NCBI RefSeq assembly: GCF_964355755.1
Contig: NC_092678.1
Span: 3,426,422 to 3,490,421 of the forward strand
DNA from: Antedon mediterranea
Lineage: Eukaryota; Animalia; Echinodermata
DNA: 64,000 bases
Direction of reading: 5' to 3'
In this document: positions 50,724-64,000 of the stretch, in pieces
Position numbering within the stretch: the first letter of the stretch is position 1
Layout of the letters: the number at the start of each line of letters is the position of its first letter
Made by a program: the position numbers and the translations under genes
The notes under the pieces: generated by a model
What the model was told of the DNA's origin: nothing
The model's database searches: none
What the model saw: only the letters and a program-made list of their open reading frames with translations

Positions 50724-53700
50724 TTATTTATTTTGAATGGTATTTAAAACAGGAAGTATATTGGGTAAAATTATAAAATACAGTACAGTTGACTATTTGA
50801 GTAGGTGGAATAAAGAAATCCAAGTGTTGGTATGAATGCATTGTGTTTGGTTACTAAAGGAAGTAATTGTCTACAAATTGATAGTTCATCATGTCACGTT
50901 TAATAATATTAATATTACAGTATATAACAATTTAATGTAAGTTTTCAAGTTTTTTTTATTACACGACAGAGCGTAGCGATTCTATGGAAACGCTAGAATT
51001 TATCGGGGATCTAGTACGCGAGCGCTAAATATTCTTTGGTACGCGTATACAATTCATCGCCGACAAAATCGGCAAAGTTGAACATGGTTGAACTTTGCCG
51101 ATTTGACTGTGATGCCATCCCGATTGCGTCGGCGACATCTGCGCGTGTAGCGATTTTAATGGAAACGCTGTATCGATTTTAATGGAAACCAGGCTTTAAA
51201 ACGGCAATAGTACATTGATGATACTATATCTCTTGTATGTTACATACGGTAGGTATATTTTTTGCTACCTGCATTTCTCTCTCATATTATAACTGTTCTG
51301 AACGCATGCTAATACAGTGTACTAATGTCATTCATTAATTTTCACCAAGGAAGAAATCCACCATAACTAGATTTAAAGCTCAGGTACAAGCATGAATTTT
51401 AAATATAATATTTGGTTAATTGTACATAAATCAAATATTTGTAACAGAAATCAAGACGAAAAAACATGAATTTTCCTTAATATGGTCAAATACAAAATTT
51501 GGCAAAATTCTTCCATAAAAACCAGGAAGACTTTTTTTCAGTAGTTAGGTAGTAAACCTAATGTAATAACATGTCTGGTGACTCCCTAGAAGGTGAAAAA
51601 AGATGGTGGATATACAGTGGATAATTTTTGCTATAGCATGAAAATAAAAATCTGAAGTTGAATAAAAATACCAGAAATGTAATATTCAAGTTATATTACC
51701 TATATTTAGTCATCTGACAACATTTTTTACCACACTGTTTATTTTTCATAGCTTTTTAAAATTCTTCTCTATTTACACAATTTGTGTACAAAAGAATAGA
51801 GATTTTACTGTGTAATTTAAACTATCCCCCCACTGATAAGAAAGTGCTTATTTTCAACAAGCTTGTGTAACACAAATTAAATGCCAAAAATCATGAAACA
51901 TATGGGAAACTATAGATCGATAATTATTGGAATGTATGATCAATAGAAATTTTTTGCCCGCACCTGGCCTTTAAAAGGACACTTGCTTTAACCATGGAGC
52001 TATAAAATTGAATTATAATTAGCTAATTATATCTCAACCGTAGTAGTCGTAGCAAATAACGATTATTTTATTTACCTGATGTTTCTATTACTATTACGGT
52101 TGAGATATAATTCACTATTATAATTTATTTCCAATACCAACCGAATGAATCTTTTTAATGAGCTATAAAATTAGTTTAATTTTATAGCTCCAATGCTTTA
52201 ACGCTTTTTTTTTCTCAACCTAACCTGAGATTATAAAGCTTAAGTTTTTAGGGGATAAAGCACAATCGTATTTAATATCCTGGTCATGTACTGACATTGT
52301 TGTGTTATGAGTACTATACAACTACAATATATCAGTTTATCTAAAATTTCTTATTTTACTAATTCTTAATTTTGTTTTGTGAGGATCTGATTGAGACAAG
52401 TTTTTTACTTTTAAACCAGATCCTAACCAAAATAAGGAGAAAATATTATGTTAAAATGTATGTTTTAAATAAAATATGTACTATTTTGGTTGAATAAATA
52501 TAACGAAACGAAAAAAACAATTTTTTGATTGTTATAGCACATGATAAAGTTCATCATCAGCATACAACCAACTTGATACTAATATAAATGTAATGTCAAA
52601 CAAGTTTGTAACTTTTTAAACATACTGTATTTCACATTTTTTAAAGATACAGTAGTCACATTATATAACATGCAGTACAACATCTTCTCAGATCCAGTTT
52701 TCTATACTTTTATGACATCATTTTTTTCTAAATGTTCAGTCACGTATTTGGTCTGAGGTTATTACTACGTCAGTTAGAAAATGTGTTCGTTCGCTCGGTC
52801 AGAATATGTGTTCTGTGGCTAATGTGGCAATACTCTAATTTCGTCCTTCATTAAAATGTATACATTTCCTATGTCATTATCAGTCGGATATCTACTAGAC
52901 TTTTTCCATATAAGGGAAGACTTCTTCCATATAAGGGGAGACTTCTTCCATATAAAGTAATACTTGCTAGGTTAAAAAATCTCAATGTTTCACCGATTGT
53001 TAACTTTACATTTATCTCATAAAATCTGATTACAATTGTAATCTTGATTGATAAAACCACTGCAGTAGTCTAAGAGTCAAGGAAAAAATATATGGCAAGG
53101 TGGTGGTGAATTAACATTATAGAACACTCAGTGTTTGAAGCAGCTTGTTTGTCAAAAGCGCTTTGATAATAACAGTGAAAAAATTTAGTACAACAATAAG
53201 CAAATGTTTTCTTTGCCTATCACTTTAAATGGGAACTGTGACACTAGAAATAATGTAAAATTGGCAGGCAGCCAGTAAACAATAGGAACCTACTATAGGA
53301 GAATTGGACCATGAAAGAGAGAATATATATTATCACATTGGTGCAATCCTCCTCCTCCCACCAAAACCCATCCACACGCCTGACAAATCTGGAATTGTTT
53401 TCCTCAATATTATAATTAATAAATATCTAATTTTGATCAACCTGACAAACATATTAGACTAGCTTTCTGGTATTGAGGGAGTTTACTCTGTATACATTTC
53501 GTTTTTACATCCCTAAGGCCCTTTCTGCCCCTTGTATTGTGGATTTGCAGCTGTACAGTAATTAGCCTTAATTGTAATTAAATTATTTTATTTATTGTAG
53601 AGATTACAAAACTTTAAGATCTAGCAGATTCTTCAATATTAATACAATTTAAACAAAACACTTAGACTATTTATTTAAAAGTAATGTCATAAGATGAGGT

Positions 53701-54158
53701 AATTGTACTGATAAAATTTTATTAAACTTTTCCTGTACAAATAAAGCATTAAATTGTTTAATTTTTTCACCTTTTGCCTTCTAACAGGATGTTAAACTAC
53801 CATGCTACATCACATCAAGTCTGTTTGTGATTGGTTGAATTGTGAAGTTTACTCATTGATGCGCGACTCTAATTTATGAACTTTGAGCATTAAATGCTGT
53901 GCAGAATGTATTTTTGTTTGACAATACTTTGAAAATACTGCTATATTTGGTTTACCGGTTTGATATGCATTTGTAAGACGTGATTTGAGATACTGTACAT
54001 ACTGCAACCAGAATACATTGTCGCTATTGTGTGAACAATTTTGAGCGATTTTTATTTCACATGGCTGACAACTTTTAAATTTGCACGGGTTCCTGCATCC
54101 AAGTGTTCTCATCGAAATACTATCTGTTTCTTTCGCATGATAAATAACACTAAAGGTA

Positions 54159-57100
54159 ATGTTTGAAAAAATGAAACGCATCTTGGGTAAAGCATTAAAC
54201 GATAACATCGGACCGCCGATTCCGCCACGGCCGGACATCCCAACGGTTTCGATACCTATATCTCCCGAAAGAAAGCACAATAAGGAAACACGGAATTCAC
54301 ACGATAAAAATCCAGATCGTAATGGTTTACAAAACCTTTGGTGGTCAGAAGATTTAAAAACCATCAATTGTTATTATGACATAGTCGAATATAGTGAGGT
54401 AAATATTGCATGCTTCTTATTTATATTAATAATAATACTGTAGTTAATAGATTAGAGTACAGGTTAGACAGTATGACCTGGTCGCTCCTAGTCAGGTTTT
54501 ACCTGGCTAAATACTAAAAACTAAAATATTATTAAATGTTTATTATAATCAATATTTTTATTGTTTCTTTTTGTTTTTGTTTTTTTTGTTATTGTTTTTT
54601 AATTGCAAAATTAATGATAATACTGTAGTATTTTTATTTTTAGTTGGTAAAGATGATGAACCCACACATTCATCAAACAGGTGCGTACCTCATACGAAGA
54701 AGCAACTCCAGTCCATACGCTCTTACAATTTCTGTTGTGTAAGTATAAACCTAGACCTATTACTCTTGCTATTAGGAATAACATGATGTACCACAAACCT
54801 AAATACAAACAACTTTCCCAATACCGGACTTTTTGAAAACTAGAAACTTTCCCAAAACCAGACTTTCTCGAAGTTCAAAAGGTCCCAATTTCCTCTTTAT
54901 CAATAAAAGCACATTCTAAACATACCAGATTATCCGGAAAACTAGGCATATTTGGTCTGCCCAAAGGTGTCTGGTATTGTGACAACTGTACATGTTTTAG
55001 ATTTGTGGTACGTAATGTTATTTCTAAAAGCAAGAGGTAATGTTGAGAATGTTTTGATTGTTTTACATACTAATAATAATTATATCCTTGATTTATAAAG
55101 CGCCTAATGTTGTGAAACCTCTAAGCACTCTAAATTATTATATTACCCTGATCATTTTTGGATCAAACATGTATGGAAATATACTTCCATAATGCAGCTA
55201 ATAATCACCGAAAATAGTGTTTTGACCTTACCGAATACCCATTTGCGAATTTGGGTAGAGAGAGGCAAATGTAAGTAATCCTAAGGATACAAGCAATGCA
55301 ACTAGTGTTGGTATCGACCCCATGATCTCACAATCAGTAGTCCAACGTCCACACACTACGCAGCCACCCTCATAATAATATGTATGGTCACTCCTCTGAG
55401 GCAGACATATACTCGCGCTTTAATTTCTCTATGTAATATTCGAAGATAAAGAGCTGATTTGATTAAATCATAGGTTCTAAAATAGAGTTTGCTTGCATTG
55501 AACCTTGAGGTTCATCAAGGTAAAAAAGTTCATAAATAACCAAAGCATCCTAAGCTTCAGGCCATTAACCTTAAATTAAAAGTTTCCTTTTCTGAACGTG
55601 TCTATGAAATTTTTAAAATCATTTAATTATCATTGATTGATATTAAGTTAGATTCCTAGAATTTCCCAAGAAATTAGTGGAGTCTGTACAGTAGTTTTTT
55701 GTTAACATTAACTAGTACGTTAATAAGGTTTATTGTTGTTTAGGAGATTTTCTTTAATTTTGACCATAGTCTAAAGCTCTGTCTACACTAGAAAAAAATG
55801 TGAGGTGATGATGTCATATCACTACCATATTTGTGTATATCACTACCATATTTGGGCACATCACACTTGTTTTATCAACATTTTGGAAAATAGTCTGAAA
55901 AACAATGAGCCCTTTCGTCTGGCGCAAACAAATCGGCACAGAAAACAAACACAAACAGTTTGTCACAAGGCGTTGTCTAGCGGATGATTGTCATTTAAGT
56001 AGAGGATATCCAACTTATAATGCATCAATTACCAATTCCATCAAAAAGTATCTTTTCTTCAAATTGAGTCGGTATTATTCCAGTAAAACCACCAAGGTCG
56101 AAATAATGTCCGTCATTAAGTGATCTTCTTCCTGTATTAGGTAACAAATAAGTGGGTGAATCTAATTATCAATACGATAATTGAAGCAATAATGTAAAAA
56201 ATTGTTTTTACAAAACTGTTTAATATCAATTTTAATTTATTCATTACAGAATAAAATCTAATTAAGTGCATCATTTTCAAACTTAATTTTTGGGCGGGGT
56301 CAAGTATTCATTATGGTGTAACGAAGCAGAAATCTGAAATAATGATACATAATGGGAGGGACACTGTCATAATTGATATGAATTTTACAGTTATTTTTGT
56401 TTAATTATTGTTTCAATGATTGTGAATAATTATTATTAAGGGATGGAGGCAATAAAGAAAACAGCTGAACCCCCCTTTTTGGGACATTAAGACACCTACC
56501 TCTATTGATGGGACACCATCCTCAGATATGTTATAACACTATGTCCAATCCCTATTCTTGTGACAACATTGATGTCATATCAGTTATTTTTATATAAATT
56601 AAAAAAGCATTCACAATAGCAATACAGAAGAACCCTATTAAGCCGATTTTCCACTAGGCAAATTTGTTCGCGCGAATCGAAGGCGTCAGCTAATACGCAT
56701 GCGTAGAGAAGGATCTGGAAGATGTAAACATGAATACACATGCGTGCAAGCTGGCGCTTTCGATTCGCGCGAACAAATTCGCCTAGTGGAAAATCGGCTT
56801 TAAGGAGACATCTTTGGGACCCAAAAAAGTGACCCCTTAATAAGCATGTCCCAAAGGAGAGATTCTACTTTATAGTTTCAGTTCATTCAGATTTACTCAT
56901 TTAGTTCTGTATACCGTACAAGAGTCATGTGACACTTTGAATTGTAACTGTTTTTGTTCGTTTTTTATTTATCGGTTTTTGTATATCTTAAATATCGCAA
57001 ACATAATTTCTATGTATATTTTATATTATTATATATTATATTATATTATTTTAATGACAATAAATGACAATAATTTTCCACTGATGAATGAATGAATGAA

Positions 57101-57771
57101 TTGCAGTAATAATAATAAATAAATTTTTTTTTTCTAGGCACACAAGATTGAATATATATCACTTCAAAGTGATGCCACAAAACGACAGGTACGAAGTCAC
57201 AAAGAATCTAAGGTTTCCAACAATACAAGAAGTTATTGACTATTTTATGGATCATGACATTCCCGGAAGCCAAATCACAGACCTGAAGCTGACAATGCCC
57301 ATAGATAAACCAAAAATTGTGCGAACTGCTCGTTCTGTTGAATTACAAATGAAACGACGTGTGCCGCGTATGCGAAGGGTGAGTGAGCCTGATCCGATAG
57401 CAGTTCAACAACCGTTGCCGATAGAGGCTCGCCCGCCATTACCTACCCCTCCTGTGGATGACCCAGTTTATCAAGAGGTCACTGATAATCATGATGTATC
57501 AAAATTTGTAATGGATATGTGTGCGATACAAGATCAACAACAAAGGCGACAAAAATGCAAATGCGGACTGTACTATGACGAATCTCTTCTGATTGACAAT
57601 TGGATGATGCATCGAAGCATGGCAAGCGAAAACCTGGGCAGACTCTTTTTTGTTAATGATTTATCGCAAAAGGCAATGTGGACACTACCGCAACAAGTTC
57701 AAAGTAAACTAAAAAGGGTCGACCCTTCTCGATATTTGATTTTTCAACGTTTGCAAAGAGAGTGTCAATAG
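54159..57771 (+). CDS. SH2-domain adaptor with Pro-rich linker and C-terminal WW-like domain (about 322 aa)
   Basis: Exons 54159-54398, 54644-54738 (GAYLIRRSNSSPYALTISV, containing the SH2 FLVR-type Arg) and 57138-57771 (IYHFKV...FPTIQEVIDYF) splice in frame. Also present: PPIPPRP, RPPLPTPP, DDPVYQEV and W-x-GRLFFVN-x-WTLP. Confidence 0.88.
55075..55368 (-). mobile_element. tRNA-derived SINE
   Basis: Minus strand shows a tRNA-like head (ggtggctgcgtagtg...ggggtcgatacc), a central gtatcctt...ctctctacccaa...aaatgggta segment, and a tail aggcgctttataaa followed by (att)n. Confidence 0.65.
56641..56800. mobile_element. MITE family C (TIR aagccgattttccactagg)
   Basis: About 50-bp near-perfect inverted termini; a degenerate copy lies at about 43557-43672. 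Confidence 0.85.
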
Positions 57772-58249
57772 CCTTTCTTGGTGACATTTTTTATACTATT
57801 GACAATGTACAAATAAATATTATTATAATACAATATTATACAGATATTGCCTGCTTAGAGGTTAAATATAAGATTTGACATCCCCGAGGGAATGATATTT
57901 TGTTGGAATACACATTTCCCGAAGCGCTAGCTGAGGGAAATATATATTCCCCGAGAACATAATATCATTCCCAAGTCATTCCAATTCCAATGTCATCGTA
58001 CTCGAGGATATATACGATTTACGATCCTCGCAGCAGTAGTCATGTGAATCACTTTCAATCAATCATGTTCATTGCAGTAATGATGACGTTCATGTATTTA
58101 CATAGGCTATGTAGTAATATCTAAATGTAGTAATATATAACAGTCTCAGCCAGGTCAGTATTGGAGAATTTGTGTTCAGTTGTTCAATTATAAGTCATCA
58201 TGTATCATATTGTATAGATTTGTGAAAATGAATATGGATATGATATGTT

Positions 58250-58413
58250 AAGCTCCGTCTACACTATCAAACTTTATGTGATAACAAAATTGTGATATGC
58301 CCATATATGGAGATGAAGATGTCATATCACTACCATATATAAGTATATTACCACCATATTCGGGCACATCACACTTTTTTTGTCAAACTAGTTTGATAGT
58401 GTAGACAAAGCTT
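58250..58413. mobile_element. MITE family A (TIR aagctctgtctacactatcaaact), representative copy
   Basis: Terminal inverted repeats around a tgtgatgtgcccatatatgg / atcactaccatatt core. Other copies at about 4092-4236, 4710-4832, 12125-12221, 25002-25110, 25271-25410, 26621-26743, 43837-43931, 55773-55870, 62598-62758 and 63550-63630. Confidence 0.88.
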
Positions 58414-59248
58414 TCAGGTATGGTAGTCTCATCAGAGTATTCAGTACACAACAGCAGCAGTTGTTTCAGCCTCAATGGCATAAATCCATAAGTTCATCTC
58501 AGAAGATTTTTTTTACTCTAAAGATATTTCCTCAAGGACATTAAAAATGGCATCAAATAAAATCCACTGCATACTATTGGGGAAATAATTCCTCTATCTC
58601 CCTGTCATAATGATAAACATTGGTTTGTAATTAATTGTATGCTCAGGCAATTTTATTTGTTTTAAGAATAGTATATAAGTATATATTTGTATATTTAAGT
58701 AGTTATATTTTTAATTGATGTATTCAACATATTATATATTTAAATAAGTAAGTTCATAGTTTAAACTTTGTTTGAAACTCTATGGGTAGGCATATGGTAC
58801 TAGCTTTCTGGCTGCTGTACTTGTATACATATTTCATCCTTGTAATAGAATTGTAAAATATGTACATCGTTGTATTTACAATAATTTACATAAAATTACT
58901 GCATACATATACAGATTGATTGAGATGATTGAGTGTATTTTACCTAAACATAATGTTTCTAAAAAAGACAACACGATCTTTATTTCCCCCTATTTCTTCA
59001 GGGAGAAATGGGCACTTGGTATCTTCAGAATTATGGACGCTACTATAGTTAAACTTTCATTTTGTTTACACGATGGAACCAAATAATTTACTTTGTAGGC
59101 CTACAAGAGAAAATATATTTTGATATTTGGTGTTCTTGAAATCTATGTTTTTATTGCGTGTTCTTGTGAATATAAACGGATTTAAAAAAATGGAAACTTG
59201 TATCGCGCTAAAAAATATTGGTTAAAGTCGAAACAAGAAGGAAAACCA

Positions 59249-59450
59249 GTGGCCGTATTCACCAATCACACTTAAGTGAGATATTTCCCTTAAATCCTAA
59301 GGATTTCCCTTAAATCAACAAAATATTAAGGGTTTCACTTAAGTGGTATTCACAAAGGGTTTAAGGTTAAGGGAAACCCTTAACTTGGTCTATTTTCCCC
59401 TTAACTTTTAAGGGACCTCAGAGGTCCCTTAAAAGTTCCCTTAACTCTAT
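59249..59450. mobile_element. Probable DNA-transposon terminus with ccttaa/ttaagg repeats and an internal palindrome
   Basis: Starts ggccgtattcac, with repeated ttcccttaa and the palindrome aacttttaagggacctc-a-gaggtcccttaaaagtt. I did not find a matching second end. Confidence 0.45.
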
Positions 59451-60721
59451 TCGTACCTTGGTTTTGCTGACGATTCTGCAAGTGCGAGTGCTAAGTTAAC
59501 CAGCCTAGGATTCATAATATTTCTCAATACAGACAGGTTTGGCCTAACTACACAGAAGTTTGGTTTGTAAGTAGTTCAAGCCACCGATAAATTGACGTCA
59601 TCGCATCGAGCTACAGAGTGACGCCATCGTATCGCGCTACAGTGACGCCATCGTATCGAGTGATGCGCCGCTTGCTATGTGTTTTTTTGTTGGTGTCCAA
59701 CACTTGCTATTGAATTATCAATTTTTATTATTCTATGAATACAAAATACAGTGCAACTACAGTGTGTGTGTTTGTCGTATTGCGCTACTATGCGCGCGCG
59801 TAGAACGCTTGCGATGTATTTTGTGATCGCGTATGCGGGTGTCCAACGCTGACTATTAAATCATCTCTTTATATTTTTCTATGAATACAATAAAATGCAA
59901 CGAAATCAATAAATAAATAGTCTGTGTAAATATTGCCTTTTAGATTTCCTTGTAGGGTTAAGTTATGATCTCGTCTATGTATTGTTGTGGTCCAAATGTT
60001 ACCTCTATTGTCATTGTATATTTTCAAGGTACCCCTAAATGGAAACCTTTGTTCAAGTTGTTGCCGTGGCTACTGAAACAGGATGTTTTAAACAATATTT
60101 TACGTCATCAAAAAGCAAATAAACTATTTTTAGTTATACAGAGAATGATTGATATTTCCAGTCATCAGTGATTAAAATTTAGACGTTTCCTCGAAACCTC
60201 TAGAATCTAAAAACGCCCCCAATAATGTAAATCTGTATTATGTAATGTAATGTAACGAATACTATAATGGGCATTTGAAGTTGTAGTAACTGGTTGAAAT
60301 GTGTTGGTTTACACAAATAATCCGTATGCAACTGACTGCATAACCTTCCCTATTTAAAACCTATTTAAAAATGCTCGTGTTCTGTTTGCTAACAGAAACT
60401 TGATGTTACACAAGGAGGAGTTGGCGTCTCCTACATCTGAGACGTACAGAGTAAATAATATAATGAGACCCATTTAAACCAATCTATTTTAATTTTTTTC
60501 TGAATATATATTAACCAATCAAAGTATTGCATATAAACATTATTAATAATACGTTTTATTTTAAATTAATTGTCATTCATTGTATCTATTCTATAACAAT
60601 ATATTATGAACTTCCACTTGCATTCTTCGTTACTGTTTTACCAATGTAACAAATGTCGCATCTATTAAAATAATAAAGCAATACAATATTATCGAGAAAT
60701 TTCATATAATTATACGATCAC

Positions 60722-61428
60722 CATCATCATCAACATCAACAACAACCACCATATCCTCCTTCTCCTCATCATCATTAACATCAACAACAACCACCATATC
60801 CTCCCTCCTCCTCATCATCATTAACATCAATAACAACCACCATATCCTCCCTCCTCCTCATCATTATTAACATCAACAACAACCACCATATCCTCCCTCC
60901 TCCTCATCATTATCAACATCAACAACAACCACCATATCCTCCCTCCTCCTCATCATCATCAACATCAACAACAACCACCATATCCTCCCTCCTCCTCATC
61001 ATCATTAACATCAATAACAACCACCATATCCTTTCTCCTCCTCATCATTATCAACATCAACAACAACCACCATATCCTCCCTCCTCCTCATCATCATTAA
61101 CATCAATAACAACCACCATATCCTTTCTCCTCCTCATCATTATCAACATCAACAACAACCACCATATCCTCCCTCCTCCTCATCATCATTAACATCAATA
61201 ACAACCACCATATCCTTTCTCCTCCTCATCATTATCAACATCAACAACAACCACCATATCCTCCCTCCTCCTCATCATCATCAACAACAACCACCATATC
61301 CTCCCTCCTCCTCATCATTATCAACATCAACAACAACCACCATATACTCCCTCCTCCTCCTCCTCATCATCATTAACATCAACAACAACCACCATATCCT
61401 CCCTCCTCCTCATCATCATTAACATTAA
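60722..61428. repeat. About 46-bp minisatellite, about 15 copies, downstream of the Kazal gene
   Basis: Unit acatcaacaacaaccaccatatcctccctcctcctcatcatcatta; its length is not a multiple of 3. Confidence 0.92.
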
Positions 61429-61608
61429 CCATTGCAAACTCAAAATATGACAACATAGTCTCATCTTGTCATCGAAATTACCATTCCGATACCAATCTTG
61501 TGTTGAGTGGTCACTATACGTTTCCTTAATAGACCAGACCACATTTATACCATCTCATTCAACCAATTTTTGTCTCTACAAATATTATTACCTTATTGGG
61601 TGCTGTAC

Positions 61609-63089
61609 TCATGGCACGTTAGTAGTGGCTTTTTCCAAGCAGCTGCCACGGTGTGCGACCGTCGTATTCAAACTGACGTCCTTGCAGACGATAGCCTCGA
61701 AGACACACAGAGAGGGGTACGTAACGTCGTCTGTGCCACACACAGGGTCAAACTCCAGAGGACAAGTGCTTGGACAGACGACCTCCTTCGTCGTTTTGGT
61801 TGAAGTTGTTGGGTTCTCTATAATATAACAATATTTGATTGTAATTCTTTTCGTTTTATATTAGTTTCGTTTACATTCTTTTGTGCCGAATTTGATTTTG
61901 ATTACTGTGTACGTCTAATAAAACCAAAACTGGTTGGAACAAATGATAACGTACTATTGTCATACCGTCCTAATTTCCGACATGAAGAGGAGAGAGAGCG
62001 ACACAAAAAGAAAGGAACTGAATCACCATGGAACACATTATATCTGATGATTATCGTTGTTAGTATTAAGTGGAGTTGAAACATTCAAAGGCTTGAAAAC
62101 ATTGTAGAACCACAGGGGCCATATCTAGCATAATTATGCTATCTAGCGTAATTTTGACTCATTTGGCATTTCTAATTTTAGAAAATCTACATAATCTGGC
62201 ATATTTCTGAAAAACCAATTTTTCCGATGATCTAGCAGTTTTGCTAGTATTTTTTCGAAACAATCTAGCATAATTGTAACCAAATCTAGCATAGTTCGGT
62301 CAAAATCCTTATTCATAAATTCATATACCGTCCTCTGATACAATGCCATTTGTTCATAATCTTGTGCTGCCACCTAGCATTATTTTGTTTCCATCGCTGC
62401 CCATACATTTGTACTTACTTCCTCCGACTTGTGGTATATTGATTCCTACCCCGTTATCGGTTTCGTTGACGTTACCGCTTTCTTCTACTTCTGGTGCTGC
62501 AGTTGTTACCATTAGTGCTGGATCCCCAAGGGAAGACTCTATTCCCATTACTACTGATGACAAATCTGAAAGTAATACAATAAGTGTGTCTTGTTTTAAG
62601 CTCTGTCTACACTATCAAACTTTATGTGACAAAAAAAAAAAAAAACCTGTGATGTGCCCATGTATGGACATGAAGATGTCATATCACCACCATATTTTGG
62701 CTCATAGATAAATCACTTTTTTTTGTGTCAAACTAGTTTGATAGTGTAGATAGAGCTTTAGATTGTTCTTTCTTTTGTCAGATATTTTACGGTTATTTAA
62801 ATACCATACTATGATTCTTTTATCATTATCTAATGTTAAGTAGTCCAAAAATGAGTTTGTTTTATTTAGTGAAACTTACCTGATAACTGTGGTGGATCTA
62901 TTTCCAATACAGATCCATCCTGTGTTTCTCCTCCTCCTCCTTCTTCTTCTTCTTCACTACTACTGCTGCTATCTTCTGTATTCTGTTGTTGTTGTTGTTG
63001 TTGTTGTCTCTGCCTCTGCATTTTCTGTCGTAAATTTCTAAACCCATTAGGTCGTCTATATTCTTCACTGTCTGCGTCTCGAAGTTCTC
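61609..63089 (-). CDS. 5'-partial gene: Gln/Glu/Ser-rich low-complexity region ending in one Kazal-type serine protease inhibitor domain
   Basis: Phase-1 exons 63089-62880, 62565-62419 and 61817-61609 join in frame. The last exon encodes CPSTCPLEFDPVCGTDDVTYPSLCVFEAIVCKDVSLNTTVAHRGSC (6-Cys Kazal with PVCGTD..TY), then TGA. Confidence 0.88.
62598..62758. mobile_element. MITE family A copy in a Kazal gene intron
   Basis: aagctctgtctacactatcaaact ... agtttgatagtgtagatagagctt. Confidence 0.88.
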
Positions 63090-64000
63090 CTGAAAGTAAA
63101 TAAGTCATATTTAGTGATATTGCCCATGCTAGTTCGCACACACACATACAGCGCCATATCTCGATTAGTCTAACCTATCTCATAATTAAGGCTTCGTTGG
63201 TAGCTGGGCTGCATTATTTTTTTCCTATCAGGTTAAGGCAGAAGTCATGAATACACGAACCAAATTGGGCCCTATGGCAATTGAAAGAAGTTTTGAAATA
63301 TATTTGTCCAAAGTTGTTTTATATTGATAATTTGTCGTCTACCATTCATAATTAACTTTTAGATTGATTTGATTTTTTTTACCAAACAATACAACAAAAT
63401 AAATTAAAAAATAGTATTTTTTATTAAAATATTGTTCAAAAAAGTGATTATCTATACTATACCATTAGCAGTTCAAAAGTTCATAAATTAATTTCCATAT
63501 ATTTTTTATAGAACAAATATTCTGACTAATTCAATACAAACCTTCTCTTAAGCTCTGTCTACTGCGCTATCAAACGTTATGTGACAAAAATGTGATGTGC
63601 CCATAGGCCTATATGGATATGATGATGTCACACTCATTTTGTAAAACTAACTAGCTTTTCCATAATAGTATATCTACAGGCAGTTTTCATACATGGTTAC
63701 CATGGTGAATTGATATTTATTATTTTTTACATTGGTGAAATTAATAATTATACATTGTAATGTTTTTGTTTGGTAATGCAATGTATATAAAAAGATTGAA
63801 AAAAAAAAATCCAAAAAACTTCGTAGTTCAAATGCTAACAAATTAATGTTCATACAACACTTGTACTTGTATTATTTATAGTAATTGTTAAAGAAATCCC
63901 CTTCCAACACATGCAGCCTTGGTTTATTATTTCAAATTTCGCAGGCTATGATTTAAAAAAAGTGGTATGATTCAGATATTAATTTTACATGCGTCGTAGG

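Noticed and set aside
55905-56140. Coding-looking segment in the SH2 gene intron
   Set aside because: The SH2 is complete without it, and the frames are short with no recognisable motif.
60722-61428. His/Gln/Pro-rich coding repeat
   Set aside because: The 46-bp unit shifts frame and contains stops.
62143-62373. 76-aa protein-like ORF on the minus strand
   Set aside because: It lies in the Kazal gene intron, is built on degenerate atctagca repeats, and joining it would need a 45-nt intron with a poor acceptor.

Overview
AT-rich, intron-rich eukaryotic (invertebrate-type) DNA with no prokaryotic features. I assembled the genes by hand from splice sites. In order: (1) the 3' two-thirds of a plexin gene (+, about 31 exons, 97-16133); (2) a 7-exon secreted acidic, 12-Cys precursor (+, 19386-23311); (3) its tandem paralog (+, 27160-42964), which is largely invisible to the ORF track. 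In this paralog a conserved signal-peptide exon and a conserved Lys/Ala/Met-rich terminal exon enclose 19 symmetric phase-1 microexons of 15-36 nt. Many of these sit in tandemly duplicated intron-exon cassettes whose introns are more conserved than their exons; (4) mitochondrial ribosomal protein MRPL42 (-, 43967-46427); (5) a 3-exon SH2 + Pro-rich + WW-like adaptor (+, 54159-57771); (6) the 3' end of an acidic protein ending in a Kazal domain (-, 61609-63089). The rest contains many MITE families, SINE/LINE remnants and minisatellites. The best candidate for an undescribed system is the microexon-cassette secreted gene and its paralog.
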